Positions 42,271-52,182 of a DNA stretch of 64,000 nt are shown here, one piece after another. The stretch's first letter is position 1. The number at the start of each line of letters is the position of its first letter. The DNA is from an uncultured Anaerolineales bacterium (lineage in GTDB: Bacteria; Chloroflexota; Anaerolineae; B4-G1). Under the pieces are notes generated by a model that saw only the letters and a program-made list of their open reading frames with translations, did not search any database and was not told the origin of the DNA. Location: assembly GCA_964528475.1 (NCBI GenBank), contig CAZGSX010000002.1:5641-69640 (forward strand), read 5' to 3'. The translations under genes and the position numbers were made by a program.

Positions 42271-42687
42271 CTACGGACCCGTTGTCTCATCCCTGTCCGG
42301 ACCTCGAATTTCGTACCGACCCTCGAGCACTTCCTCAGACTCGTCCTCTACCACACGCCAGGACTCGATCCGAGCGCCCAAGTCCTCCAGGTGCTCACGA
42401 ACCACCTCGGGGGGCGCCAGCTCGATAAACAACTTCATTCCTAGCAACACCACAGCCAGGTCGTCCAGCTGATTGAGCCCCATGGGAGGAAAGTCGGGGA
42501 GAATATCGACTGGAGAAAGCACGTAGGCCAGAACCGCTGGCGGCACGACCTTGGTCCACAGAGGTACCCTGTGATCCACAAACAGCCGCCAGGTCAGACG
42601 CACCTGTCGCACAGCATCCCTTAGCCACTCGAGAATGGCCCCGCTATCCTCCTGTGGCTTCGTCACTGCTCGTCGACGGTCACTCAT
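42271..42687 (-). CDS. DUF1232 (YkvA-like) membrane protein
   Basis: 'SPVDILPDFPPMGLNQLDDLAVVL' motif. Start trimmed from the 162-aa ORF. Confidence 0.55.
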   Translation of the reverse strand: MSDRRRAVTKPQEDSGAILEWLRDAVRQVRLTWRLFVDHRVPLWTKVVPPAVLAYVLSPVDILPDFPPMGLNQLDDLAVVLLGMKLFIELAPPEVVREHLEDLGARIESWRVVEDESEEVLEGRYEIRGPDRDETTGP

Positions 42688-42868
42688 TACCTCGCTCCTT
42701 GCCTTTGCCTGCCGCTCATCCACCGCGCGCCATCGTGCCACCGGTGGAACAGCCCCCACGATTCATCGTCTCTGAGAGCCAACTCAGGACGAGCAAGCCT
42801 GCGGCAGCTCTTCCTAGAATGCTCATTATAGTTTGCTCACCTGATTGTGCAACTGCTGACCTGCACCT

Positions 42869-44596
42869 GTGCGTTCTTATTCCATGGTGTATAATAGCGG
42901 AGCTATGCCTCTTCTTCGCCAAGCTCTGCTGGACACCTATCTGATACGCCTTCGCACCATCGCTCGCTTCTGGGGCATCCCTCTGACGGGCTCTGGCCAG
43001 CGCGAGGTAGCGCTGGAGCTGACTCAAGCTATGTCCCGTCCTGGAGCCACCCAGCGCGTGCTGGACGGTCTTTCGGAGGATGAATGGGAAGCCCTGCAAG
43101 CCCTTCTCGCATCCGAGGGGCGCATGCCAGCACGCGTCTTCAGCCGAGAATGGGGAGAGATACGGGCCATGGGTCCAGGACGCATGGAGAGAGAGCGTCC
43201 TTGGGAGCATCCCGCCTCGCCCGCCGAAAGTCTATGGTATCGCGGCCTTCTGTTCCAGAGCTTTGAACGCGGTCCTGATGGGGCCTATGAGGTGTTCTTC
43301 ATCCCAGTGGAGATTCGGAGCCATCTGCCATCTCCAGGTAACGAACAGTCTGCCATCACGCTGGAACCAGTTGAGGCCCCGAACCACGTCATCTCCGGAC
43401 AAGATCTGCTCCTCGACGATGCCTGTACCTTACTGACGTACGTGCATAATCATCATCCGTGGCCGGACCTCGAGCACGGGTGGCCAGCCTCGCATAAGCA
43501 GCGACTGCTCCAGCGCCTGCGATGTGAGGACCCAGCTAGGCTCACGTTTCTGGACCACCTGGCGCGCCGCATCGGATGGCTCCGGGATGAGGAGGCTGAG
43601 CGCCTGCGTCTGCACGCCGAGGCGGTCACCAACTGGCTCCAGAGCGATCCCCGAGACCAACGGCGTGCGGTAGTCGAAACCTGGCGCGACGATCCCACGT
43701 GGAATGATCTGTTCCACGTCCCTTCGCTCGAACCGGAGGATACCGGTGCCTGGCGCAACGATCCGTTGCTGCCACGGCGGGCGCTCCTGCGTCATATCAG
43801 AGCGTGCACCCCGACGGACTGGTACGAGATGGAAGACTTCGTCAAGGCCATCAAAGAGGCTGATCCCGATTTTCAGCGACCGGATGGTCATTATGACTCT
43901 TGGTACATCCGCGACAGCGAGACGAGAGAGTATCTCACGGGCTTCGAGAGCTGGGACAGCGTGGAGGGGCGACTGATCCGCCATCTCCTCAGCAGGCCGA
44001 TGACCTGGCTAGGGCTCATCGAGCTGGGAGCGGAGAGCCCAAACCAGCGGATCCGCGCCTTCCGGCTGTCTGAGGAGGGAGCTATCTTTCTCGATCTAGC
44101 CGAGCCCTCGCCGCCGCCGCCGGGGCCAGCGCCTGCCCGTCTCCAGCCGGGTTTCCTCGTCTCGCTGCCGGCTTCACGGCGCTACGAGCGCTTTCAGCTG
44201 AGCCGTGTGGCCGAGTGGATTCAGAGCGGCGAGCGCTTCCTCTACCGATTGACACCGCGGTCATTGGGGCGGGCACGTCGGCAGGGCATCCCCCTGGCTC
44301 GCGTCCTCAAGTTCGTCGAAGAGATCACGGAGGCACCTGCTCCCCGGCCCGTGAAGAAGGCGTTGAACCGCTGGGGAATCCAAGGGGTTGAGGTGAGCAT
44401 CCAGGACGCGGTCCTATTGAGGTTGTCCGACGAGGAGTTAATGAACAGGATCCTGGATTCCCCGCGCTTGAAGAAATTGGTCGACGAGCGCATCGGCCCG
44501 ACGGCCGCCGTCATCGAACCCCAGGATTGGCCCGAGCTTGTGGTCCAGCTGGAGGCCTTGGGCCTGCTACCCGACGTTCGGATTCGCTCGAAGTGA
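42869..44596 (+). CDS. hypothetical protein (about 565 aa), possibly a helicase-associated (XPB N-terminal-like) C-terminal domain
   Basis: Long ORF with good GC3 and no recognised catalytic motif. The C-terminal 'VSIQDAVLLRLSDEEL' resembles the domain found N-terminal of XPB helicases. A TATAAT sits at 42890-42895, so the start may be the ATG at 42905. Confidence 0.5.
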   Translation: MRSYSMVYNSGAMPLLRQALLDTYLIRLRTIARFWGIPLTGSGQREVALELTQAMSRPGATQRVLDGLSEDEWEALQALLASEGRMPARVFSREWGEIRAMGPGRMERERPWEHPASPAESLWYRGLLFQSFERGPDGAYEVFFIPVEIRSHLPSPGNEQSAITLEPVEAPNHVISGQDLLLDDACTLLTYVHNHHPWPDLEHGWPASHKQRLLQRLRCEDPARLTFLDHLARRIGWLRDEEAERLRLHAEAVTNWLQSDPRDQRRAVVETWRDDPTWNDLFHVPSLEPEDTGAWRNDPLLPRRALLRHIRACTPTDWYEMEDFVKAIKEADPDFQRPDGHYDSWYIRDSETREYLTGFESWDSVEGRLIRHLLSRPMTWLGLIELGAESPNQRIRAFRLSEEGAIFLDLAEPSPPPPGPAPARLQPGFLVSLPASRRYERFQLSRVAEWIQSGERFLYRLTPRSLGRARRQGIPLARVLKFVEEITEAPAPRPVKKALNRWGIQGVEVSIQDAVLLRLSDEELMNRILDSPRLKKLVDERIGPTAAVIEPQDWPELVVQLEALGLLPDVRIRSK

Positions 44597-44645
44597 AAAG
44601 GATGCAGGCAACCGAGCACGGCCTGGACAAGGAGAGGCGACCTCT

Positions 44646-45329
44646 GTGACAGACAACCGTCATCCCGCTGCAAAGGCGTTATCGGCAGTGCCCTACTTCA
44701 GCATGTTGGACAGCCACGTGCAGCGCGCCATCAGCGAGGCAGCCATTCGGCGGGGCTATCACGCCGATGAAATCGTCTTTCTGGAGGGAGAGCCATGCAC
44801 GGGGCTTTACGTGGTGGAGGAAGGATGGCTGAAGACCGTAAAGACCTCCCAGGAAGGCCGGGAACAGGTCCTCCGCTTCGTGGGCCCAGGGCAGGTCGTC
44901 AACGAGGTTGGCGTCTTCGCGGACACCCAGAATCCAGCTACGGCAGTAACCCTCGCGCCGTCGACCATATGGCTGATCAATCGGGACGCAATCCTGGGGC
45001 TCCTCGAGGAGTATCCGCAGCTCGCCCAGCGGGTGGTGGAGAGGCTGTCGCGACGCGTGCTGCATCTGCTCTCTCTGGTGGAGGACCTTTCCTTGCGCAC
45101 GGTAGAGGCGCGACTGGCCCGGTATCTCTTAGAACGGGCCGACGAACAAACCCTGCGGCGGAGGCGCTGGGCCACCCAGGCAGAGATGGCAGCACGGCTA
45201 GGAACCGTGCTAGATGTCCTCAATCGCGCGTTGCACCAACTGACCAGGGAAGGGCTCATCGAAGTAGAGCGACACCAGATCCAAATCCTCGACGAAGAGG
45301 GACTGAGAGTCAAGGCTGGGCTGGACTAA
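44646..45329 (+). CDS. Crp/Fnr-family transcriptional regulator
   Basis: cNMP-binding beta-roll (IVFLEGEPCTGLYVVEEGWLK) plus a C-terminal HTH (ARLGTVLDVLNRALHQL). GTG start; the ATG at 44706 is an alternative. Confidence 0.8.
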   Translation: MTDNRHPAAKALSAVPYFSMLDSHVQRAISEAAIRRGYHADEIVFLEGEPCTGLYVVEEGWLKTVKTSQEGREQVLRFVGPGQVVNEVGVFADTQNPATAVTLAPSTIWLINRDAILGLLEEYPQLAQRVVERLSRRVLHLLSLVEDLSLRTVEARLARYLLERADEQTLRRRRWATQAEMAARLGTVLDVLNRALHQLTREGLIEVERHQIQILDEEGLRVKAGLD

Positions 45330-45377
45330 CTGAAACCTATCCAGTTCGACAAAAGTCGAAGACATCCAGGCGCTCAG

Positions 45378-45659
45378 GTGGTATGCTATCCGCAGAAGCT
45401 TGAGCGTTTCTGGTTTCTGGGTAGGTCTGTGAACAAGAGAGAGCACGCGTCACCGTGTCGGCCAATACCGCTGATTGATCGCTCGCGCTGCGTCGGATGC
45501 GGTGTATGTGTCGTCGTGTGCCCCAGACAAGCCTTGACTGTCACGGACGGCAAGGCAATGGTCTCACACCCGCTGGCTTGTGACTACCATGGCCTATGCG
45601 AAAGGGTCTGCCCCACGGGGGCGATTCAACGTCCATTCGAAATCGTCACCGTGAGGTGA
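45378..45659 (+). CDS. 2x[4Fe-4S] ferredoxin
   Basis: CVGCGVCVVVCP and CDYHGLCERVCP motifs. ATG preceded by AGGTGG. Confidence 0.75.
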   Translation: MVCYPQKLERFWFLGRSVNKREHASPCRPIPLIDRSRCVGCGVCVVVCPRQALTVTDGKAMVSHPLACDYHGLCERVCPTGAIQRPFEIVTVR

Positions 45660-45750
45660 AGGAGAAGCATACTCGTGAGGCCCCAGAAGCACGATTCTTC
45701 CACCGTCGTGCCCTGACGGTGGCTGCCGTAGCCAACTACCGAGAGGAGAA

Positions 45751-46095
45751 ATGAACATGAAGATTATCCATGCCCTGGGGGCGCCGGAGGCGCCCAATCC
45801 CCACAATGTGAGCGCGCGAGCGCTGCACGATTCGGAGCACGTGCAGGTGTCGATGGTCACCCTGGAGCCGGGCGAGAACCTAAAGCGGCATGTCACACCG
45901 GTCGATGTCTTTTTCTATGTCATCGAAGGCAACGGCATCGTCGAGATCGGCGACGAACAAGAGCCTGTCTCCGCCGACATGCTGATCGACAGCCCCGCTG
46001 GCATTCCACACCGCCTGTTGAACGAGAGCGATGACACCTTCCGCTTCCTCGTGGTGAAGACCCCGCGCCCAGTCCGGGCCACCAAAGTGCTGTAG
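45751..46095 (+). CDS. cupin domain protein
   Basis: Cupin beta-barrel motifs with His residues. Preceded by GAGAGGAG. Confidence 0.6.
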   Translation: MNMKIIHALGAPEAPNPHNVSARALHDSEHVQVSMVTLEPGENLKRHVTPVDVFFYVIEGNGIVEIGDEQEPVSADMLIDSPAGIPHRLLNESDDTFRFLVVKTPRPVRATKVL

Positions 46096-46109
46096 GGGAG
46101 GGACAGATC

Positions 46110-46925
46110 ATGCCTAGTGATATGACCCTGAACCCTTTGATCCTGGTCAAGTTCCTTCTCTGGATCGCGACCGTTGTGGCCGCCACACTACTCCTGCGTC
46201 GACGAAAGGTAACCTCTAAGATGCGGCTTGCCTTTCTGGTGGGTGGCGTACTCATCTTTGGATTGCTCTTCGGACTCGTTGTCCCAGCTGGCCTGAACCC
46301 GAATCCAGTGGCGTCCCTGCGCACGCTGCTCACCAGTCTACTAGTACGCGGTCAGTTGGTCGTGCCTGTTGCCGCGATGCTGCTCATCCTACTGGTGGCG
46401 GTGTTCGTTTCCAACAAATCGATCTGCGGCTGGGCCTGCCAGCTGGGGCTGTTGCAGGATCTGCTCCATCGTGTGAATCTCCCAAAGTGGGAACCACCCT
46501 TCTGGCTTTCGAACACCGTGCGCATCCTGGCCTTCCTCGGGTTGCTGGGGGGGCTGATCGTTGCGGGGATGGACTGGATCGGCGTGATCGATCCGTTCCT
46601 GATCTTCTCCTTCAACATCACCTGGGCGATCGGTCTGTTCTCCGCGGCCGTGCTCGTCGCCGCCCTGTTCGCTTACCGGCCCTGGTGCCGGTTCCTGTGC
46701 CCGTTTGGGCTAGTGGGATGGCTACTGGAGCAGGTAAGCCTGATGCGCCCGCGTATCGATAGGGACTTATGCAAGGAATGCCGACTGTGCGTCAAGGCTT
46801 GCCCTTCGGGAGCCATGGGGGATTTCTACGACGATGCCAAGATCCATGCGGATTGTTTTGCCTGCGGCGCCTGCATCGAGGCCTGCCCTCAAGAGGGCGC
46901 ACTCGAATGGCGTACCAACGCATAA
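46110..46925 (+). CDS. NapH/MauN-like membrane-bound 4Fe-4S binding protein
   Basis: Four predicted TM segments with CGWAC and CRFLCPFG, plus a C-terminal pair of CxxCxxCxxxCP motifs. Confidence 0.7.
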   Translation: MPSDMTLNPLILVKFLLWIATVVAATLLLRRRKVTSKMRLAFLVGGVLIFGLLFGLVVPAGLNPNPVASLRTLLTSLLVRGQLVVPVAAMLLILLVAVFVSNKSICGWACQLGLLQDLLHRVNLPKWEPPFWLSNTVRILAFLGLLGGLIVAGMDWIGVIDPFLIFSFNITWAIGLFSAAVLVAALFAYRPWCRFLCPFGLVGWLLEQVSLMRPRIDRDLCKECRLCVKACPSGAMGDFYDDAKIHADCFACGACIEACPQEGALEWRTNA

Positions 46926-47906
46926 TCGTGGAGCTGGCAAGGCACGCAGACGGATCACTTGTTCGCCTATGCCCGCAAGGGGACTCCACGTCGGGAATCA
47001 ACGGGCGATCGGCCATCGGCATGAGACGTTGAGGAGCTCGGGCAGCTTGGGTATAGGACAAACCCTTGAGATAGCTCCGGGGCCGCACCGTCACTGGCCT
47101 ACTCTTGAGTACCGCCGATCCAAGCTTCGCTCACGCAACACTTGGCCCACCAAGCCAAGCTATGCCAGGAGGCCTGACCTGGTGGCGGTGCGCCTCCCTC
47201 GTGGCACGTACCAGCCTTCGTGGACGGTATTGTCGCGGAATGGACCTTGGAGATCGGAAAGGTAGACAAACTGGGACCGCTACTGGCGCTATCTCTCTTG
47301 ACCTGGGTCGCGACGCAATTCATGGCGCTGCCGATGAAGTACTCCGGCGACTAGAACCGAGCCGGGGTGCGAACGACGCCAAAGGTCGGAGGCTTCAACT
47401 CGGCGCGCCGCTTCATGGCCCTGGCAGACGGTCTGCACATCTTCGTCCTGGTAGACGCGGGTTAGCTATTGCTCATCTGCCCGTACTGTCTCGCATTGCT
47501 CGGCTTCTTGGGCACCGTGATGCTGGCGGTGTCGCTGCGGCCCAGCTGGCAGCCATCGGCCAAGCTCAACGGCGTCCTATTTGAGTTCGTGTCCGTTGAT
47601 GTGCAGCGTTCCAAGGTTCTCGTCGTGGTTGGGGCCGTCGCAAAGGAACTGTAGGCGCCTGCCACCCCCGTGACGTGCCGTTGTCCCGCTTAGAGCAACG
47701 GCCCTACTGCACCCACAAAGAGAGGAGCATCTATAAGTCGTGGCAACTGATCCGACCTCTGGGGCTCTCCAGAGGCCATCAAATCGAATTCCCCACTACC
47801 GAGATAGCGACTTCCGTGAGACGCCCGTTGATGCATCCCCACCGTTTGACTGCCGGAAGTCCCCGTGCTATACTTATTTTAGCAGTCGCTTAATCACTAA
47901 CATGCA

Positions 47907-48239
47907 ATGAATCATATACCCGAGTTGGCCAGGTTCTTCAAAGCCCTCGGTGACGAGACCCGATTGCGTCTAGTAGCCTTGCTGGCACGGCAGGAGCGCG
48001 GAAGCGCCCTCTGCGTGGGCCGGCTGGCGCACGAACTGGATACGACAGCCTCCAACGTCTCTCAGCATCTGCGCGTGCTTAAGGACCTGGGATTGGTGCA
48101 CAAGGAACGGCGGGGGTATCGGATTCACTACTTCCTGGATGAAGAACAGGTGACAGCCTATGGCGAGGCTGCCCAGGAGTTGCTGGGGATGGAGCTCTGC
48201 GGTGGATCTTCATCGGAGGATCAACCGGCGCAAGAATAG
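47907..48239 (+). CDS. ArsR/SmtB-family metalloregulator
   Basis: 'LGDETRLRLVALL' wHTH signature. Cys residues in the alpha3 region (ALCVGRLA). Confidence 0.8.
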   Translation: MNHIPELARFFKALGDETRLRLVALLARQERGSALCVGRLAHELDTTASNVSQHLRVLKDLGLVHKERRGYRIHYFLDEEQVTAYGEAAQELLGMELCGGSSSEDQPAQE

Positions 48240-48317
48240 CGCACGTTACAGTCCGGTGGGAGCTGCCTCGGTCCTGTCGGGAAGACGCTGGGAGACGGAG
48301 ATCGAATAGCAGAGGCG

Positions 48318-49499
48318 ATGAGCAACCATCCAAACTCCGCGACCACGAACGACGAGTACAGGGATTTCGAATTCAACCTCCGAGAGCTGGCTGGCTCGAT
48401 GGGGGACTTCGGCACCCTGTTTCCCCTTGCCATCGGGTATATCGCCGTCAATGGGCTCAATCCCGCCGGATTGTTCATCATGATGGGCCTGGCCAACATC
48501 GCGCTGGGCCTGATCTACAGACTCCCGATGCCTCTGGAGCCGAAGAAGGTCGTGGCGGTCACAGCTATCTCGCAAGAGTGGCCCCCTTCGCTTATCCACG
48601 CCTCCGCCTTCAGCCTGGGCCTGATCTGGTTTCTGCTTGTCTTCTCCGGCCTGCTACGAAGAATTGTCTCGATGACCCCACTCTTCTTGGTACGCGGCAT
48701 TCAGATCGCTCTGGGGGTGATGCTGGGCTGGCGTGCCATCGAGATGATGAGGCCGGCTCCGCTGCTCGGTCTGGTGGCCGTGCTGATCGCTCTCGTGCTG
48801 CGCGAGAACCGCTACGCGCCAGCAGCCCTGGTGATCATGGCGCTTGGCATGGGCTTGATGGCTTGGCGGGGAGAGCTACAAGAAGTGGTCGTCTTCGACA
48901 TCACCCTGCCGCCGCTCACATTTCCGCACTTGAGTGAAATGTGGGAGGCAATGGTCCTGGCCGGCTTTGCTCAGATCCCGCTCTCCATCACCAACGCCGT
49001 CATCGCCGCCGCGGCGCTGATCCGAGAGTACTTTCCCGACAAGCCAGTGACCGAACGCAAGCTGATGCTGAATATGGGCGTGATCAACGTGATTGTGTCC
49101 TTCTTCGGAGGCATGCCCACGTGTCACGGCGCGCAGGGATTTGCGGGCCAGTACTACTTTGGAGCCAGGACAGGGGGCACGCCCATCCTGGAGGGTCTCA
49201 TCGAGATCTCTCTGGGGCTCTTCCTCAGCCGATCCATCGCCAACATCCTGATGAGCTTCCCCGTGGCGCTCATCGGAGGCATGATGTTTATGGTAGCGGT
49301 TCAGCTGGCCAAGGGGGCGATGAGACTGCGGGGATGGAAACTAGGACTGGCGTTGACGACCGCCGCTGTCTCTGTGGTCACCAATATGGCAGTGGGTTTC
49401 GTCATTGGATTGGCCCTCACTCATCTGCTGCGGAATCTGAAGGAGCGGGGCAAGCTAGCCTATCTCCTTCCGGAAGAGGAGTTCTTCACGGATGAGTGA
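48318..49499 (+). CDS. MOT1-family (MFS-type) molybdate/tungstate-like transporter
   Basis: Two conserved MOT1 motifs: 'ELAGSMGDFGTLFPL' and 'CHGAQGFAGQYYFGARTG'. About 10 TM segments. Confidence 0.65.
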   Translation: MSNHPNSATTNDEYRDFEFNLRELAGSMGDFGTLFPLAIGYIAVNGLNPAGLFIMMGLANIALGLIYRLPMPLEPKKVVAVTAISQEWPPSLIHASAFSLGLIWFLLVFSGLLRRIVSMTPLFLVRGIQIALGVMLGWRAIEMMRPAPLLGLVAVLIALVLRENRYAPAALVIMALGMGLMAWRGELQEVVVFDITLPPLTFPHLSEMWEAMVLAGFAQIPLSITNAVIAAAALIREYFPDKPVTERKLMLNMGVINVIVSFFGGMPTCHGAQGFAGQYYFGARTGGTPILEGLIEISLGLFLSRSIANILMSFPVALIGGMMFMVAVQLAKGAMRLRGWKLGLALTTAAVSVVTNMAVGFVIGLALTHLLRNLKERGKLAYLLPEEEFFTDE

Positions 49500-49819
49500 C
49501 GCTACCCCAGGATTGAGATCAGCTGCGGGTTGCCGGGGGGATATGTCCCGGCTAGAGCGCCACGCCGTCCGAGAACGCCTGAAGAGCGAAGCCGGACATA
49601 ACTAAGACAGGACCGTGCAAGCTCGTCCGGTTGAACACGACGAGGCGCTCGCTACAGGACGCTGTTGTCGCCCGCGCGGGGTGACATCCAGAGGCCACCC
49701 AGGTCGAGAACGGTGGCCGGCTCATGACTGCCCTGTGCATACCGTTCCTTTCCAGTATCGCGTTTCTTGCCAGGGGCGCATAAGTGCTGAGAAGATAGGA
49801 GGGATAAGAACGAGGACCC

Positions 49820-50761
49820 ATGACCCACACACAGAGTCCAACCCCCGCCATCGAAGTCGAAGGTCTCACCAAGACGTACGGGCCACGCGATAGGGGAGTC
49901 CTTGCTGTGGACCACGTCGCATTTGGTGTCAAGCGAGGCGAGGTCTTCGGACTGCTGGGCCCGAACGGGGCCGGCAAGACGACGACCATCCGCATGCTCA
50001 CGGGCTTGACCCGGCCGGACGCCGGTGAGGCTCGGGTGCTGGGGCTTGACCTGGCGCATGAGCTGCCGGGCATCAAGAAGCGGATCGGCGTCGTACCCGA
50101 GCAATCGAATCTTTATAGTGAGCTGTCGGCCCGAGACAATTTGATCTTTATGGCGCAGCTGTACGGGGTGCCGCGACCGGAACGAGGGCCGCGAGCCGAC
50201 CGGCTATTACGTCGGTTCCGGTTGGAGCAAAAACGGGATACCTCCTTTGGGAAGCTTTCCAAGGGGATGAAACGGGCGCTCACCATCGCTGCCGCCCTCA
50301 TCCACCAACCTCAACTCCTCTTCCTGGACGAGCCCACGGGAGGACTGGATGTCGTGGCGGCTCGTGGCCTAAGAGCCCTCATCGAACGGCTGCGCGACCA
50401 AGGGGTGACGATCTTCTTGACAACCCACTACCTTGATGAAGCAGAACGGCTGGCCGATCGGGTAGCGCTGCTGGTGGCTGGCCGCGTCGTCGCTGTCGAC
50501 ACCGTGGGGGGACTAAAGGGGCGGGTTACGGACGACGAGACAATCGTGGAGATACGTTACCGGGGCCGGCCGAAATCCGACCGCATCGAGCTCCACCACG
50601 GGCAGGGGGCATCCAGGGTGCGGGCGGCGTTGGATCGGGCACAGGCTGGAGGGTGGGAGGTCATCAGCATCGACACGCTTCGCCCCTCCCTGGAGGATGC
50701 CTTCATCGAGCTGACAGGGCTGAGCGCTGAGGTGATGCTGGCCGAAAAAGGAGGGCGGTAA
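49820..50761 (+). CDS. ABC transporter ATP-binding protein (ABC-2/DrrA-like)
   Basis: Walker A 'GPNGAGKTT', ABC signature, Walker B 'LLFLDEPT'. Confidence 0.85.
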   Translation: MTHTQSPTPAIEVEGLTKTYGPRDRGVLAVDHVAFGVKRGEVFGLLGPNGAGKTTTIRMLTGLTRPDAGEARVLGLDLAHELPGIKKRIGVVPEQSNLYSELSARDNLIFMAQLYGVPRPERGPRADRLLRRFRLEQKRDTSFGKLSKGMKRALTIAAALIHQPQLLFLDEPTGGLDVVAARGLRALIERLRDQGVTIFLTTHYLDEAERLADRVALLVAGRVVAVDTVGGLKGRVTDDETIVEIRYRGRPKSDRIELHHGQGASRVRAALDRAQAGGWEVISIDTLRPSLEDAFIELTGLSAEVMLAEKGGR

Positions 50762-51492
50762 TGTGGCGGGACAGCTTGCGGGGTCTGCTCTACGTGGCGT
50801 GGAAGGACATGCGCGCTTACTACTTCAAACCACCCAACATCAGCTGGGGCATGCTATTCCCAGGGGCGCTCATCCTCGCCTTTGCGGTACGGACGCCCGG
50901 CGACCTGCGAGCTCTCATCCCGGGATTGGTCGCCATGACCGCCCTCTTCAGTGCAACGTCGATGGAGGCCATTGTCATCACATTTGAGCGGCGCACGGGC
51001 GCGCTGGAGCGGCTGCTACTCGCGCCTATGACTCTCCCAGCGATGCTTGCAGGCAAGGTACTGGGCGGCATGCTATTCGGATTCACCATCAGCGGGGTCG
51101 TGCTGTTGGGCGTGAGCCTAGGTTTCGGGGTGGCCATGTGGCGGGTTCCCGCCGCGCTCCTGGCGCTCTGCTTCTCTACAGCTGCCTTCTCGGCGCTGGG
51201 AGCCCTGGTATCCGTGGCCGTGCAGGAGGTGTTCGAGGCCCAGACGCTGGCCAATGCCATCCGTTTCCCGATGATTTTCCTGTGCGGCGTGTTCGTGCCG
51301 GTGGAGGAGTTGCCGGGTACACTGCCCACCGTAGCGCGTCTTCTACCCCTGACGTACGCGGTGGAGGGATTGGACATCGCCCTGGCACGCGGTACCGCCT
51401 CGGCAATGGTGCTCCATCTTGCCGTACTGGCGGGTTTCACAGGGGCACTGTTCTCCGTCGCCACGGCGATTCTGCGCCGCCGGCTGGACTAG
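50761..51492 (+). CDS. ABC-2 type transporter permease
   Basis: Six-TM ABC-2 topology, overlapping the stop of the upstream ATPase. Confidence 0.75.
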   Translation: MWRDSLRGLLYVAWKDMRAYYFKPPNISWGMLFPGALILAFAVRTPGDLRALIPGLVAMTALFSATSMEAIVITFERRTGALERLLLAPMTLPAMLAGKVLGGMLFGFTISGVVLLGVSLGFGVAMWRVPAALLALCFSTAAFSALGALVSVAVQEVFEAQTLANAIRFPMIFLCGVFVPVEELPGTLPTVARLLPLTYAVEGLDIALARGTASAMVLHLAVLAGFTGALFSVATAILRRRLD

Positions 51493-51777
51493 GTCGATCG
51501 CGGAGTGGATTTCACCCTTGCATCCCTACCGCTGGCAGACAGATCGCCGGGTTCGTCGGCCGCGGTGAGGCGAGACTTGACGGGACCTATAGGACAGGAG
51601 GTCGGGTTTCCAAGCGACGGCAGATACCTCCCGTCCTCGAACAGGATCAAACCCCACGCAGGGTCGACGGATAGACCCAGTGCAGACGAGGGACTTGACA
51701 ATCCAGCGGCTCGAGGTAGATTATATGCATAGCGCACATAAGTGGAGCCCGGATAGTCGAGCTGGAACGAGGCTAAG

Positions 51778-52182
51778 ATGAACCACGGACAACTAGATGA
51801 GCACGGGCACTGTCACTGCCGGGGCGGACAGATCCAGGGTTTCATCCGCCCGCGCCTGTTGCTTCAACTCTCGAAGAAGCCCGCTCACGGCTACGAGCTG
51901 TTGGAAGTACTGGAGAGCGAGAACCTGCCCACACCGGACCCCAGCACCCTCTATCGTACGCTACGTCATTTCGAAGAAGAAGGACTGGTCCATTCCACCT
52001 GGGACACAAGCGGTGCTGGGCCGGCGCGTCGCGTCTACGAGCTAACCGACCAAGGGGTGGAGTTCTTGCATGCCTGGGCGGTGAACATCCGCCGCATCCG
52101 CAGCCGATTAGGCAAGTTCTTGGCCGAGTACGAAGCTCGGTTTCAGATTCACACAGAAGAGAGAGCTGAAACCAATGTGTGA
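51778..52182 (+). CDS. PadR-family transcriptional regulator with a His/Cys-rich N-terminal extension
   Basis: 'HGYELLEVLE...STLYRTLRHFEEEGLV' PadR wHTH. N-terminal 'DEHGHCHCRGG'. Confidence 0.75.
   Translation: MNHGQLDEHGHCHCRGGQIQGFIRPRLLLQLSKKPAHGYELLEVLESENLPTPDPSTLYRTLRHFEEEGLVHSTWDTSGAGPARRVYELTDQGVEFLHAWAVNIRRIRSRLGKFLAEYEARFQIHTEERAETNV

Noticed and set aside
47105-47584. 159-aa ORF in the 47-kb gap
   Set aside because: Ala/Gly/Arg-rich noise composition with no RBS. It is treated as non-coding, although the region itself is flagged.
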